A stretch of DNA of 64,000 nt from assembly GCA_002104945.1 (NCBI GenBank), contig MCFH01000001.1, positions 1,798,001-1,862,000 on the forward strand, in the 5' to 3' direction. Position numbers and translations under genes: made by a program. Numbering within the stretch: position 1 is the stretch's first letter; each line of letters opens with the position of its first letter. This document shows positions 44,001 through 58,411 of this stretch, piece after piece. The notes under the pieces are model-generated. The model searched no databases and had not been told where the DNA came from. It saw only the letters and a list, made by a program, of their open reading frames with translations. The DNA is from Piromyces finnis finn. Taxonomy: Eukaryota; Fungi; Neocallimastigomycota.

Positions 44001-47000
44001 AAAGAGAAAATTCAATGAACATTTCTTCTACAGATGTGTATGGAAAATAATTTCATTTAATATATATATAAAGAAAAAATAATAATATTAATTTTAATAT
44101 AAATGAAAATTAATAAATATTTTATAATATTTTTATATTCTTAGTGAAGAATCTATAAAACTTGAGAAATTAAAGGTTTCGGTTATTACTTCTCATATTC
44201 ATTCTTTAATGGAAATTAAGACATTATTTTCTAAATTAAGTAATAGTACTAATGTAAAAGATATAGCTACATACTTTGATAATATTAGTCAAATTTCAAG
44301 ATTGCAGAAATCTACTAATTTCCATTATAGCTACATTATTAGAGAACACCCAGAAGCAAAAGTAAATAAAATAGAAATAGAAATAACATATTATGATAAT
44401 AATAATATATAATGTATAATATATAACATAATAGCATATTATTAAATATTCAAAATTATTTAATATTTTTATAGGATATTAAAAAAATGTATATTTTATT
44501 TTTAATGGATGTAATGGTAATGTATATTAAAATATAGAAAAATTAATAATTTATATATAAAAAATTAAATAAATTATTAATGACTAATGAAATAAATATA
44601 TAATATTATTAATAATTAATAGAATAAGGAAGAAATGGCTGTATGCATCAATAATCTATTATTTATTTATCTATATATATTCATTTTTCATTTTTTAAAT
44701 AAAATAAACATAATTTTAAAATCTATATAATTTATAATATATTTATTTTTTCTATATATGAAAAGTATAAACTAGCTAATGGAGTATGTTAAATATAAAA
44801 AAAATATAATCATAATAAAATAAAATAATGATTAATATTATTCCTATAATTATATTCTTATTTATAGAATGCAAAATTACTAGAAGCATCTCCAAAAGGG
44901 GGAATGGCAACAAATGACTCTTCTAAGCTTGATAAAAAAGCATTAACAGCTTCATCTAATTCATTAGGATCTAATTTGCATTCAGAAGACACTTCTACTG
45001 GCTTAGGAAAAGAAATTAGAAAAAAAATAAATAATAAGTAAGAAAAAAAAAACATGAATACAAATATATTAAATTTATTTATATAATATAATATGACCTT
45101 TTTTTTTTTTTAAGAAATATGATGATAAAGAAACTTGTTCAACCTCTTAATAGCTGCAAAATGAGAATGTTAATCTTTATTGGCGTATTTATAATGCTAT
45201 TTATTGCAAAGTAAAATATTTATATATTAACATATTATATAATAAAGATTTTTAAATATAATAATAATATATATATTAATACATTTATTTAATATTTTTT
45301 TTCTAAATAAAATCATAGATCATTATATACTATGTTTGTATTAAAAAATATACAAGATAAGACAACTATTCTTGCTCGTAACATAAATATTCCAGGAGCT
45401 ATGAAAACTACAACTTTTTCAATAAGAATGCTTTCATATAATCTTATGACAGGTAATGGAAGAACCATTGGTAAAAATATAGGTGCAATTAGAGGTACCA
45501 TGAATTACTTGACAACTGTTAATATGGAAAGTGTTAATAATATAATGGATATATCAACTGGTGGAAATTCATTAATAGTACCCGTTGGTGAATATGCATT
45601 TGATACATATGAAGAAAAAACATTAGCTGATTCATATAAAAATTTTATTACCAATATGAAATATTGTGTTAATAGAGGTAATGCTAAATAAAAATAAGTA
45701 TTTTTAAAAAAATATATATTAATTTTTATAAATTTATATATATTAAAAAAAGGCATGTTAAGTCCAAATGAAACAGTTGAAAATATTTTATATGAACCTC
45801 ACTTTAAGTAAATTTTTATATTATTGTATTTAAATATTAGTTTTTAAGGAATAATTAAATTAAATGTTATTTTCTTATTAATTATTTATAATAATAAAGG
45901 TATTTCATAGGTAATTATTATAAAATAATATATTTAATGATCTATTTTATTATTATAATGTTTAATAAAGTAATATGCAATAATATAAAATATAAAAGCA
46001 AATTCAAAAAGTAAATTTGATTTAGTATTCAATAAATGCAAAGAAGTATGCAATGATTTGATTCTATCTCAAATAAGTAGTTTAGAAGTAGTTACTGTTT
46101 CGTTAGAAATTGCATTAATTGGTGTTTTAGCAATTATTGCATATATTGGTAAGAACATAAATATATATTATAGGAAATTATAGTTATTTATAAAAAAACA
46201 TAATTAAATCTAAAAAAAAAAAAAGAGAGATATCTATTAATAAATAACTATTATATTATTTAAATTTTATATAACTATTTAAAGTATTTATTCCACTTAA
46301 TAAATTATCCAATAAAATATCTACGAACTCATTAAGAATGTTTAGATTCTTTTCAAAAGGTATTAATTTGCCATGATAACAGAATTATATATATATATAT
46401 ATATATAATTAATATTTTTTTTTAAAAAAAAATATAATATATTATCCTATAATAGAAAATTTCAAAGAGATAATATATGAATATAAAGATAAAATCGAAT
46501 CTCTATGTGAAAGTTATGATATAGATGAAGAAAATGTTGAAAAAAAGAAAACATATAATAAAAATATCAAGTTATTTGTTGCATTTGCTTTAATATTTAT
46601 TTATATGATAATTGATACAATTCCGACAATTGTATGTTTATTCTAAAAATTAAATGAAATATATATATATATATTATATTATTATATATTTAATTATCAT
46701 TTTATTTATTTATTTTTTTAATATAAAAGGATGTTATTAATGATGTTACATCTACTTTGAAAATTGTTCAAAAATCTGTATGATATATTAAACAATAATA
46801 TCTTTAACAATAGAATATACTGATTATATAATAATATAATATATATTTATCATGATTTTTTTTTATAATTATTATATTTATTTATAGGCTGATAGACTTT
46901 CGTTATTAAAAGGAATTCAATTATATACATATGAAGTTATAAATCAAGACAGATCAATATTTTTGGAGGATGAACCTGAAAGAATATTAAAAGATATGAT

Positions 47001-47917
47001 CCAGAGTCTAGAAGTATTATATTAATATTATTTTATATTTCTATATGTAATAAATATTTTAATCTCTAAGTATATTTACTGAAAAAAATACACATAAATT
47101 ATTTGTAATAGACAATCCAAGAAGAATTAAAGTCTGGTTCATATGGTGGCCCAACTTTTGATAAATATCCAGAATTAAATAAAGTTCTTAAAGAAAATGG
47201 ATGTTTTAGACTTGAACAGGCAGCTGGAGGAAGTACATGTGACGATGTCGTTTATGATAGTAGTTATGGTAATTATATTTTTTTAAAAATAGTATAATTA
47301 TAATATAAAAATTATTATTTCCTAAAACATTATTTTCAACCAAATATACAAAAGGTTTTTCAAAGGAATTAGGTACACTCCCATTGGATGAATTAATTAG
47401 ATCTTATCTTTTCTATGTGAATAATTTTATTCATAATGTTGAAGAAGGAAAATATATTAGATTACCATTTTCAAATAAAGAAAATATTAGTATAATATTC
47501 AATCAAGTATTGAATGATAACTTTTTCAAACTTCAAGAAAGTTTAATGGACAATATTTTAGGGGATATTCAATATATTAACTATGATTTAATGAATAAGG
47601 TAATTAGTTTTGTAACAGAAACTACTGATGTAATATTAATAATTATTGGAGGAGGTTTTATTGGAATTTTAGTTATAGTCTTCTTTGTGTTTAATTCTTT
47701 GTTCGTAGATAAAATTAGAGAAATGAACACTTTAATTTCATTTTTATTCTTAGTCCCACAAGAAATAGTTAATAGTAATGAAAAATATAAAAGGTAAATA
47801 AATATATATTTTAATTTATTATTTAATAAATATCAAGATTAATTTCTTATTTTTTTTATTTTATTTTTTATTATTTAATTTAAAAGATTCTTGGAAACTA
47901 CTCAAATGGATGACTAA
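41008..47917 (+). CDS. Large multi-exon polytopic membrane protein, TmcB/TmcC (tiny macrocysts)-like; exon structure only partly resolved
   Basis: First exon MNEDEKRTNKIRLNELE|GTAAG at 41008. Many short GT-AG exons follow: an N-terminal TM cluster (42819-43280 ORF), a helical TPR-like region (YMHSMKIFYKENNLLHKYGMYLF), a Ser-rich linker, further TM-luminal blocks and a C-terminal TM followed by LISFLFLVPQEIV...RFLETTQMDD*. The family call comes from overall layout and recalled motif similarity only. Confidence 0.6.
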
Positions 47918-48416
47918 AGAATTATACTTATGAATATATAGTACATATTACATTAATATCTCTTTACTATTTAATAATATATATATTAAATAATAAAAAG
48001 GAAATTACTGTAATATATAATAGCTAGAATACTTAAATTAAATAAAAATTATATATATGAATTTAGAATTATGTTTATTATATTATTTTTTTTTAATTTA
48101 AATTATAAAATTATAATAATTATAATAAGAACAATACTTATTACAAATCAAAAACTTTTTTTCCTTTAATATTACACTGATTTACTTTTTTTTTTTTTAA
48201 AAAAAAACAAAAAAAAACAAAAAAACTATTATAAAATAAATTTCATTCATAATTTTTTGTAAAATAAAATTGAATTTTTTTCTATTGATTATTTTTAAAT
48301 ATTTAAAAATATCTATAGCATGTTTAAGTGTTAAGAATAATATGATAATAATAATAATAATAATATTATTATAGTATGTCTATGTCTATGTCTATAGGTG
48401 GTCATGAACTTGTTTA

Positions 48417-48451
<35 letters not shown>

Positions 48452-48559
48452 ATTAAAAAAACTAATTTTTAAATTTTGTGTAACATAATAAATGTATTTA
48501 AATATTTCAGTTTTTAAAATTATATTATCATAATAATGTAAATAAATATTATATTTCAA

Positions 48560-48595
<36 letters not shown>

Positions 48596-48900
48596 CTTAA
48601 AAATGAATGCTTATTAATATATATTTCATTTTTAACAATTAAGTTTTATAATTGTCAATGTTTTCTTATATAAAAATAATAACTTTGTTAAGATATGTAA
48701 ATAATCCTTAAGAAATCTGGTCATTAAATATATACTTTAAAATAAATTAAAACTTTAATTTATAATATTTTATAATTTTAAACTGTGAAATGACTAAAAA
48801 TGATTTTTATATAAATAATAAATGTTTCGACATAAAAACCAATTCTTTTTTTCTTTTTTTATTAATTTAATCTTTATTGTTGTCATTAAATCATAATACC

Positions 48901-51900
48901 ATGAATATCGGAGACTTACTTTTAGAGTAATAATCTATTTAATATAATTTTAAATAATAAATTTTTGCTAACAAGAAATTATCTTATTCTAATTATTTAT
49001 ATTTAGAGCTTTCATTAAAAATAGGAAATTAGTATTAAAAGAAATTTTGAAAGATATTAATAAAGCACATGATGAGAAAAAATTAATTGACCTTATATCA
49101 AAATATTCTGCGATTCAAAATAATTACGAATTCATTGTGCTTTTATTAAAAAGTAATATTCAATTAAAAAATATTGAATTTTTTTTAAAAACATTTAAAA
49201 AAAATGGTTTAAATATAAAATATTTTTTGAATAATTATTCAGAAATCAACACAAACCTTTACAAAAATCTCATTGAAAATAAAATGAATGATATAATTGA
49301 TTTATTATTAATATATGGTTTAGAAACGAATATATTAATAAGAAACTTACCAGATCATTATAAAAAACATTATAATATAAGATATATCAGTAATTTATTA
49401 TTTAAGGAAATTAACTTAATGAATTTTGATTATATTGAAAAACTACTTTTAAATAATAAAATTATTATAAATATTAAAAATAACAATAATGATATACCAT
49501 TAATATTTTCCATGAAAAGTAACTATGATGAAGATAATACATGTAAAATAATTGATATATTAGTTAAGTATAACCCAAATAAAGATATAACTGATAATAA
49601 TGGTTTAACCGCACTTCATTATGCTTGTCAAAAAAATTATAATACTATCATTCCAAAACTAGTAACTGAAAATAACATAAATATAAAGAATGATAACAAT
49701 GATACTCCATTTATGGTTATGATTAATAAAAGAAATTTTAAGTGTGCTCATACAATATTACTATTAAATTATCATATTGATTTGAATTATTATAATAACA
49801 ATGTAGATTTATTTATTTCATATCTGATTGAAAACAATTGTAAAATAGAATTTATAATGAAGATGATAAAAGAAAATGATAATAGTAATTATATATCTAA
49901 ACTTAAAAAAGAAACTATAATTTGTATATTATTAGAATTAATAAAAAGTCAAAGTTATGAAAATATGAAATTTGTTCTTGATAATTTTCAAGAACTTATC
50001 AATAAGAAATATTCTAATAATAATAATATGACTCTTTTAATGTTTTCAGCTCAATATTGTACAGAAAAACATGAAATTATCGATTTTTTAATTAAAAATA
50101 TGGATAATATAAATGATGTTGACAATGATGGTTTTACAGCCCTTCATTATGCATGTAAATTCAATAATTATATGTCTATACCAAAATTAGTATCAAAAGA
50201 AAATGTAAATATGAAAGAAAAACATTATAAAACTCCCTTAATGATTGCATCTGAAGAAAAAAATTATGATTGTATTACTAGTTTGTTATCTACAGAATAT
50301 GATATTGAAATGAATATATCAGATGATAATAAAGATGATTGGATTATTTATATGATTAAAAATAAAATTAGTAAAAAGAATATTTTTAATATATTATTAG
50401 AAAAAGGTGCAGCAATTTCTTGGAAAAACTTTAAAAAATATATTGATTATATAATTAATAATGAAGCCTTTTTACAATCTATTATAGTTAATAGTTTTAA
50501 TATTTCTAATATTAATAAATCTACGGAATATAAAACAATAAAGTTTCCTATTATTTTTTCGATTCAATATAATTTCGTCAAATTAATGGAAAAATTGGTA
50601 TATTACTATAAGAATATCAACGAAAAAGATGAAAATGGAAAGCCATGTATATTCTATGCAATTGAAAATAAAAATGAGAAATATTTTGAAATATTATTAA
50701 ATAGTAAAAAAATAAATATTGAAGAACAAAATAAAGAAGGGAAAACCGCATTAAGTTATTCATTTGAATTAAAAAAGGAAAAAATATTTAAATCTTTATT
50801 ACAACAGTACATTAATATTTATGAGGCTAATAAAGATAATGAGGAATATTTTAAAAAAATAATTAATTCTAAGTTTTCTCTTCTTAATGCTGAGTTAATG
50901 AAATGCAACAACATTAATTTTACAGAAATTCGAGATATTATGTTACAACTAAAAAATAATGAAGAAAATAAGATTAAAAAAATGAAGGAGTTAAATAATA
51001 ATTTAAAACCTAATCTTTATATTAATGAAAATATTAAAGATAAAATAGATTTAATAAATAATGATAATAATAAAAAATCCAAAAGAATTACTAAAAAGAA
51101 GAAAAATAAGAAAAAAAATAATATTTTAGAAAAAAAGGACAAAGTCTTAAATAACATCTCTAAAGAAACAAATGATTTAAGTAAATATGCTATAGATGAT
51201 ACTAAAAATATATCTACTAGTAATAATGGTAATAATTATTCTACTAATAATGATATTGTAAATAATGATATTAACACAAAAAAATATATTGGAGATTGTA
51301 ATATCGCTGATGATAGTAATAGCAATGATTTTAATGAGGATGTTAATGTTAAAAGTATTACTAGTATTAATTATGAAAATGAAAATATTGAAAACAGTAA
51401 TATCATTAATATTAAGGAAAACATAGATAATTATAATATTATTGATATGAATGAAAATAATAATACTAATAAAAATATTGAAAAAAGTAGTATTGTTAAT
51501 GCTTGTAAAAATGTTGAAAAATATAGGAATACTGAATATAGTGCAATCATCAACAATAATATAAATATCAAAGATATTGTTAATATTATAGAAGAAACAA
51601 AAAATAATAATATTACCAATATCAATAAAGAAATTGAAAGTATCAATGATAATATCGAGAATGATATTATCAATATTGATAAAAAAATTGAAAGTATTAA
51701 TGATAATAATAATATTAATATCGATAAAAAAATTGATAATATTAATGATTTTAATGATGAAATCGAAAACAAAGAAATAAAAATTAATAATACTGAATAT
51801 TGTACTGCTATTGAAAATAATGATATTTATGAAAGAACTTTTACAGAAGAAATGGAATATAATAATACAGAATATTTCACTGTAACTGAAAATAATGAAA

Positions 51901-54900
51901 ATTTTAAAAATAATGAAATAGTAAAAATAAATAAAATTGAAAATAGTATTATTACAGAAAGTATAGAAGATTATATTACCAATACTACTATTGAAAATGA
52001 TAATACAATAACTGACATTAAAGAAATTCCAAAAAATGTTAATATCACAGATATAAATGAAATTATGATATTTGAAAATAGAATTACTGAAAAAGAAAAT
52101 GAATATGATAGTAATAATAACGAAGTATTTGTCAAAGAAGAAGAAAATAGTAATGACAAAGGAAATTTCAAAAATGAAGATTATAAAATATCATCTATTA
52201 ATATTTCCAATTCAAGTGATGAATATGAAATATTAGAAATGGCATGTATTATAGGAAATAAAATAATTATTGAATCATTAATAAAAACATATTTATTTGA
52301 TGTAAATAAAAAAATTGGTGAGTATCAACAAACTCCTTTAATGTTACTAATTTCTAATAATAATTATAATTCAGTTGATTTATTATTACATAATGGTTCA
52401 AATGTCAATATAAAAGATATCTACGGAAACACACCTTTTATCTATATGTTAAAACATAATTTAATAAATACAGAAATTTACAAATCATTAATTAATCATG
52501 GAGCTTATATTGACTATGAATTGTTTAAAAATAATGAATTTTTAAACAATATTATAAAAAACAAAGAATTTATTAAATTATATATAGAAAAAAAAATAAA
52601 GGTGAAATATGATGGAAAATGCAAAGCTTTAGTTATCAATGATCCATTGACCTTTGCAGTCAAATTGGATAATTATGATTTTGTTAATTCTTTATTTGAT
52701 AATGACATTAAATGTGATGAACTATTTAAATCCGTTGATAATCCATTGGAAATTGTAAATGAAAATAGAAATAAAAATATATCCCAATTATTATTTAAAC
52801 ATTATAAAGATGAAGCTCTTAATAATGAAAATATTAAAAATTCTTACAGTGATAGTGATGATAGTTATTATTATGATAGTGATGATAGTTATTTTTCACC
52901 AGTAATAAATAAAAAAATTAATTATGAAAACTATCAAGGAATTAATTATCCTTCCTATAACGAAATTCCTGAAGAAGAAAATGACGAATCAGAATTAATT
53001 ATAGATTTTAAAGAAAATTATGATTACGATGTATTTAATAATAAAGATAATTATGAATATCCAGAATTACATTATGCTTTTATTAATAATAAAAGTGATA
53101 TAGTTAAGATAATGATTCAATATAATGAATATGTAAAATATATAAATGAGCCATTTGGGGAATATCAATTTACCCCAATAATGATATCAATTTTTTTAGA
53201 AAATTATGATATTGCTCAATTTATACTTGAAAATGTAGAATTTATAAATGTAAATAATAGGGATATATATAAAAATACACCATTTATGTTTATGTTAAAA
53301 TATAATAAAGTTAATGAAGATATTTACAATTCATTAATTAAAAGAGAAGCCTTTGTAGATATAAATCTCTTTAAAAATAAAATGTTCATACATCAAATAT
53401 GCAATAATGAAATTTTTATTAAGCTTTTATTAGATAAAAAAATTAGAGTTTCTTATGATGAAACAAGTAATAAAATTTATGTAATTGAACAGCCATTGAT
53501 CTTTGCTATACATTTCAATGCTACAGAATTAATTGATAAATTAATCGATAAAAAAGCTGATATTAATGAATTATCTGTTAATGGAATTACACCATTAATT
53601 CAGGCTATTGAAAATAATAATATTAATATTGTAAAGAAATTGATTGATAATAATGTAGACTTAATGAGGCCAAGTTTTGATGGAAGAACTCCTTTAGAAA
53701 TAGCGAAAACCAAACAATATTATAAAATTGCTGAAATTATTGAACATAATCAAGTATATAATTATGGTTTATTTAATCAAAATTATCGAGATTATCATTA
53801 CAATAATATATCATATAATGCTTTTCCTAATATGAATTATAATTATTTTGATACTTATAATGAACAATACAACAATAACAATATATTAGAAAAGCATAGT
53901 AAATTATTGTTAAGAGCTATTAGAAAGGATTCGATAAAAAAAGCAAAAGATATAATTCAGCTTGATAATCGTATTGTTAATTTTGAAAATAAAAAAGGTA
54001 TTACCCCATTATTATATGCTATTCATTTAAATAAATTAAATATTATTGATTTATTAATATCTTTTCAAGCTAATGTTGATGCCAAAAATAAAAATAGTCT
54101 TTCACCTTTAAATTATGCGCTTAAAAAGGGAAATAAGGATATAATAACAATTCTTATTAGACAAAGTCAAAGATATGTTAATAATAAAGAATATTCTCAA
54201 ATGATAAATGAAGAACTTCAAATATTTAATAATAATTTTATTATTAAATATATTGTAAATAATAAAAATATAACTACAAAAAAATTGGAAAAATGTAAAA
54301 ATAAAATTAATGAAATAAAAATTAACCTATCAAAACAATCAACTTTTTTTAATAGTCTTAACAAAAAACACATGAGCTTTTCTAATAAATACAACAGTCT
54401 TGTAGATTATAATGTAAATAATAATTATTATATCAATAATATCAATCCAGATATTGATATAAACTATTATAATGACAATATTTCAAGTTGTTCCAGTAAA
54501 TATACTGATTTAGATATTAATTATCAAAATAGTAAAAACTCTTATAGCAGCTATAGTAATAATAGTAAAGATACATTGGATAAAAATAATTTTATTGATA
54601 TGGATATAAAATTATTAAAATGTATTCAAAGAGGAAATTATATAGAAGCTGAAAGAAAAATTAGGAATAATTTTAATTGCATTAATGAAAAAAGTGAATT
54701 ATTCAATAATGATAATATAGTAACATATTTTGTAAAAAATCCAAAATTCTACAATGAAGATTTCTTCGAATTCTTAATCAACAGTGGTGGTTATTTCACA
54801 TCAAATGTTTTTATAAATGAAATAATTTACAACAAAAAGTTTATTGAATTACTTTTAAATAAAAAATTTAAAATAAAAAAAAATAATGAAGAAAAAATTG

Positions 54901-55496
54901 AAGTAATTGATAAACCATTACACTATATAATCCAGTTAAAAAAGCATGAATATTTAGAGAGCTTACTTAAAGATAATGAATTAAAAGATAAAATTACTGA
55001 AGAAGAATCTTTAATCAAATATATAATAAAAGATATGAAAGATATTAATGCATTAAATATTTTATTAAATTATAGAAGAAATTTCTTTAAAAAAGATAAA
55101 TTTGGTAAAACCCCAATTATGTATGCTGTTGAAAGTAGCAATAAATATATCATTAATATATTATTACAAAATAAATTTAATATTGATGACACAGATAAAA
55201 ATGGTGAAACTGCCTTATTTTATGCTGTTAGAAGCAAAAAATTTGACATAATTAAATATTTAATAGAAAAAGGAACAAATGTTGAAATTAAAAATAAAGA
55301 ATATAAAAATATTTTATTTCTAGCAGTTGAATCTGAAAAGGTTCGTATTGTGGAGTATTTATTAAATAAAGTTAAAGAAAATAATTCCTTTGATATTAAT
55401 AATCGATCTCTTCTTTATTATGCAAATAAAACCAAGAAGAAGAATATTATTAATCATATTAAAAATAAAGGAATAACAAAAGAAAGTTGTATATAA
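48901..55496 (+). CDS. Giant ankyrin-repeat protein (~2170 aa), nearly all in one 6.4-kb exon
   Basis: The 2149-aa ORF has many ANK units (GLTALHYAC, GFTALHYAC, KTPLMIA, GITPLIQA, GRTPLEIA, GITPLLYA, GKTPIMYA, GETALFYA) separated by Asn-rich linkers. The ORF-track start is a TTG. A likely first exon MNIGDLLLE at 48901 (GA|GTAATA...TTAG|A) restores an ATG; that start is inferred. Confidence 0.85.
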
Positions 55497-56074
55497 AAAA
55501 AAAATAAAATAATATATTTAATAATCAATTTTTTAAAAATACCTAATTAAAATATTAAAAAAACAAAACAAAAAAAAATTATATTTAATAATTATAAATT
55601 TAATTGAGTCCAATTAAAAGGAACATATGAAAATATATTTATTAAATATAATTGTTAATTAGTAAATTGCAAATGTGAAAAATTACTATTCAATTCAGTA
55701 TCAAATATAAATTAAAAATATTATATCAGAAATATTATTATAATAGATACTGTTAAATTATTCTTCTTTAATATTAATAATAACATATAACATTTATTAT
55801 TAATTATTAATATTAAAAAAGAATTCTATAATTAATAATTAAATGGAAAAAAAAAAAAAAAAAATAAAGAAAAAAAATATATGTATTTATTTTATTAAGA
55901 AAAATGACTTCGAGTACAAAATGCATCATTATATAATATTTACATTTTTATAGAAATAGTAAAAAAGAGGTATTAATTATTAAAAGATAACGGATAAGAA
56001 AAATAAAAATAAATAAATAAATAAATAAAAAAAAAAAAAGAGAGAGAAGAATGAAAAAGGTGTTAAAAATAGAT

Positions 56075-58411
56075 TTAACAATTAGAATTTATGATACCAC
56101 ACCAATCATTGTTTTCAACACCCCATCTCATAGTTTCAGATTCTTCATAGATAACATCACAGCCACTACAGCATGGATAACCATAAATTTCTGACCAGCA
56201 GCTTTCAATAATATTATCACATGAATATGGAGTACTACACCTATTATTTTTGATAAATAAGATTATATAAAACATTAATATTATAATAATGATATTTATA
56301 ATTTATTAAATTGAAAATATATAATTATTATATTTACCAGTCATTATTTAAAATGCCCCACTTTTGATTATCTTCATAAACAACAACACAGTCTTCACAA
56401 CATGGATATTCGGATTTTGGACAAGTATTATCATTAATAGAAGAACCATCACAACTATAACGTATATTTACAATAGATTTTAAAAAAGTATTTTTATTTA
56501 ATATTAAAAATTCTTTTAAATATTTACTTTTAAAACTTATTATCTTATTATATTTGTATTTAACTTACCCTAATTGGTTATTTATAGCAGTCAATATTTC
56601 GAAATCATCAGTATCATTTTCTAATTCCCAAACCATCATACCAGCAAAGCCATTTTCAAGAACAAATTTAGCTTTGTATCCAATACTCTCTGGATCATCA
56701 TATGAAATGATTTGTTTAGTATCCTTATTAAATAAATATGGGCATTTAACATTATCATCCCATGTACGAATCCAACTTCCTGATGAAGTGTTGTAACTTG
56801 ATAATAATATTTCATTGCGAATATTTTTGTATTTCCAACTACCACTGAATCCGCTTTCAACAATACCACAATAATTAGTCCATGAATCACTACTATCTTC
56901 ATGATCACCCCTTGGATTACCATTAACAATAGATTGATATAAACCGTTTCTTGAAGTTGAAGAAACAATCCAGCTCCTATAATAAAACAAAAAAAAAAAA
57001 AAAATATTATTAATAATAAATATTACAAATAAATAATAAATAAATATTTAATTATTTTAATTCTTTAGATATCATTGTAAGACTCTTACTTTCCATAAGT
57101 TGGAACACCAATAACAATTTTGTCTGCAGGAAATTGACCATTTAACCAATTATTAACTCCTGAGGAAATAGACAATATATCACCAGCTTCTGGGTCATAT
57201 AAAGCAGCATGATGAGAAGTAACAGACGACCAACTACCTGCGAACTATAATTTTTTAAAAAAAATAAATATATAAAATTGATACTATCTATTATTATATT
57301 AATTTATATAATAATAAAAGATATTTACGTCATAGCCCATAATGTTAATAAAATCAAAATATTCAGCATATGGAGCAAGATTTGTTATTGGCTGACCATT
57401 TTTTTCAAATGGAGTAATACTGACAGCTGCAGAAATTATATTTTCATTACCAATATATTCACGTAATATTTTTAAAAGTTTTAAATAATTATCGGTATCA
57501 TTGGCATAATCCGGGCTTTATTAACGAACAAATGAATAGATTATTAGATTATTATAACTTATATAAATTATAGGTTTCTTTAATGAAATATCATTAAAAT
57601 ACTTACTTATTGCAAGCACCTTTTTTGAAAAATAAAATTAATAAATCATTTACATTTAAAAATAAAAATATTATTATATAAATATATTATTATGACAATA
57701 GTATTTTATCTTAATTCATTACCTTCTCTTCCTGGATATTCCCAATCAATATCGATACCATCAATGTGATAGGTATCAATAAGATTTTTACAACTTTCAG
57801 CAAATTTTTTCATATTATTTTCAGAAGATGTCATTTTAGTAAAATAACGACTTCCATACCAACCACCAACTGACATAAGAACTTTTACATCTTGATTATG
57901 AGCAGCTGTAACTACTTCATTTAAAATCCAACCTTCATAACCAGTTAATGCATATGTATTTGGGTCAATGACAGCAAAAGCTAATGAATATTAAAAAAAT
58001 ATATATTTATTTTATTTTAATTTAAACTATTATTTAACATTTTGTTTTTAATTTCAAACTTATTCTTATCTCTTCATTATTAGTAATAGTTTCAATATTA
58101 ATAAATATTAAATGTCAATTATAGTTTATATACTTATTAAATATATACATTAAATGAAATATTAAAGATTTATGTATACATTTAAAAAGTTCACATATTT
58201 TATTTAAAAATAAATAATTATGTAAATTACCATAGTTAAGATGGGTAAATTTTGAAAAGTCTATACGGCTAACTGGGTAACTTGAATATCTCCATTCACT
58301 AAAATAGGCAATAATTTTTTTTGTGTCGATACAACTATTTTTTTTGGTATTATTAAAAGCTAACACATTTGCTAAAGAAACTAATATAGTAGTTAAAAAT
58401 AATAATTTCAT
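56075..58411 (-). CDS. Secreted GH18 chitinase with two C-terminal fungal dockerin (CBM10-like) domains; 8 exons: 58411-58231, 57980-57723, 57619-57607, 57515-57329, 57244-57090, 56976-56569, 56454-56338, 56240-56075
   Basis: Signal peptide, IIAYFSEW, THLNYAFA, KVLMSVGGW, intact catalytic DGIDIDWEYP, FINIMGYD, KIVIGVPTYG, ISYDDPESI, GMMVWEL. These are followed by CPKSEYPCC...KWGILNNDWC and CWSEIYGYPCC...WGVENNDWCGI. All splice junctions are phase-compatible. Confidence 0.92.

Noticed and set aside
44858-45055. 65-aa minus-strand ORF with protein-like composition
   Set aside because: It is the antisense shadow of a plus-strand exon (NAKLLEASPKGG...) of the TmcB-like gene.
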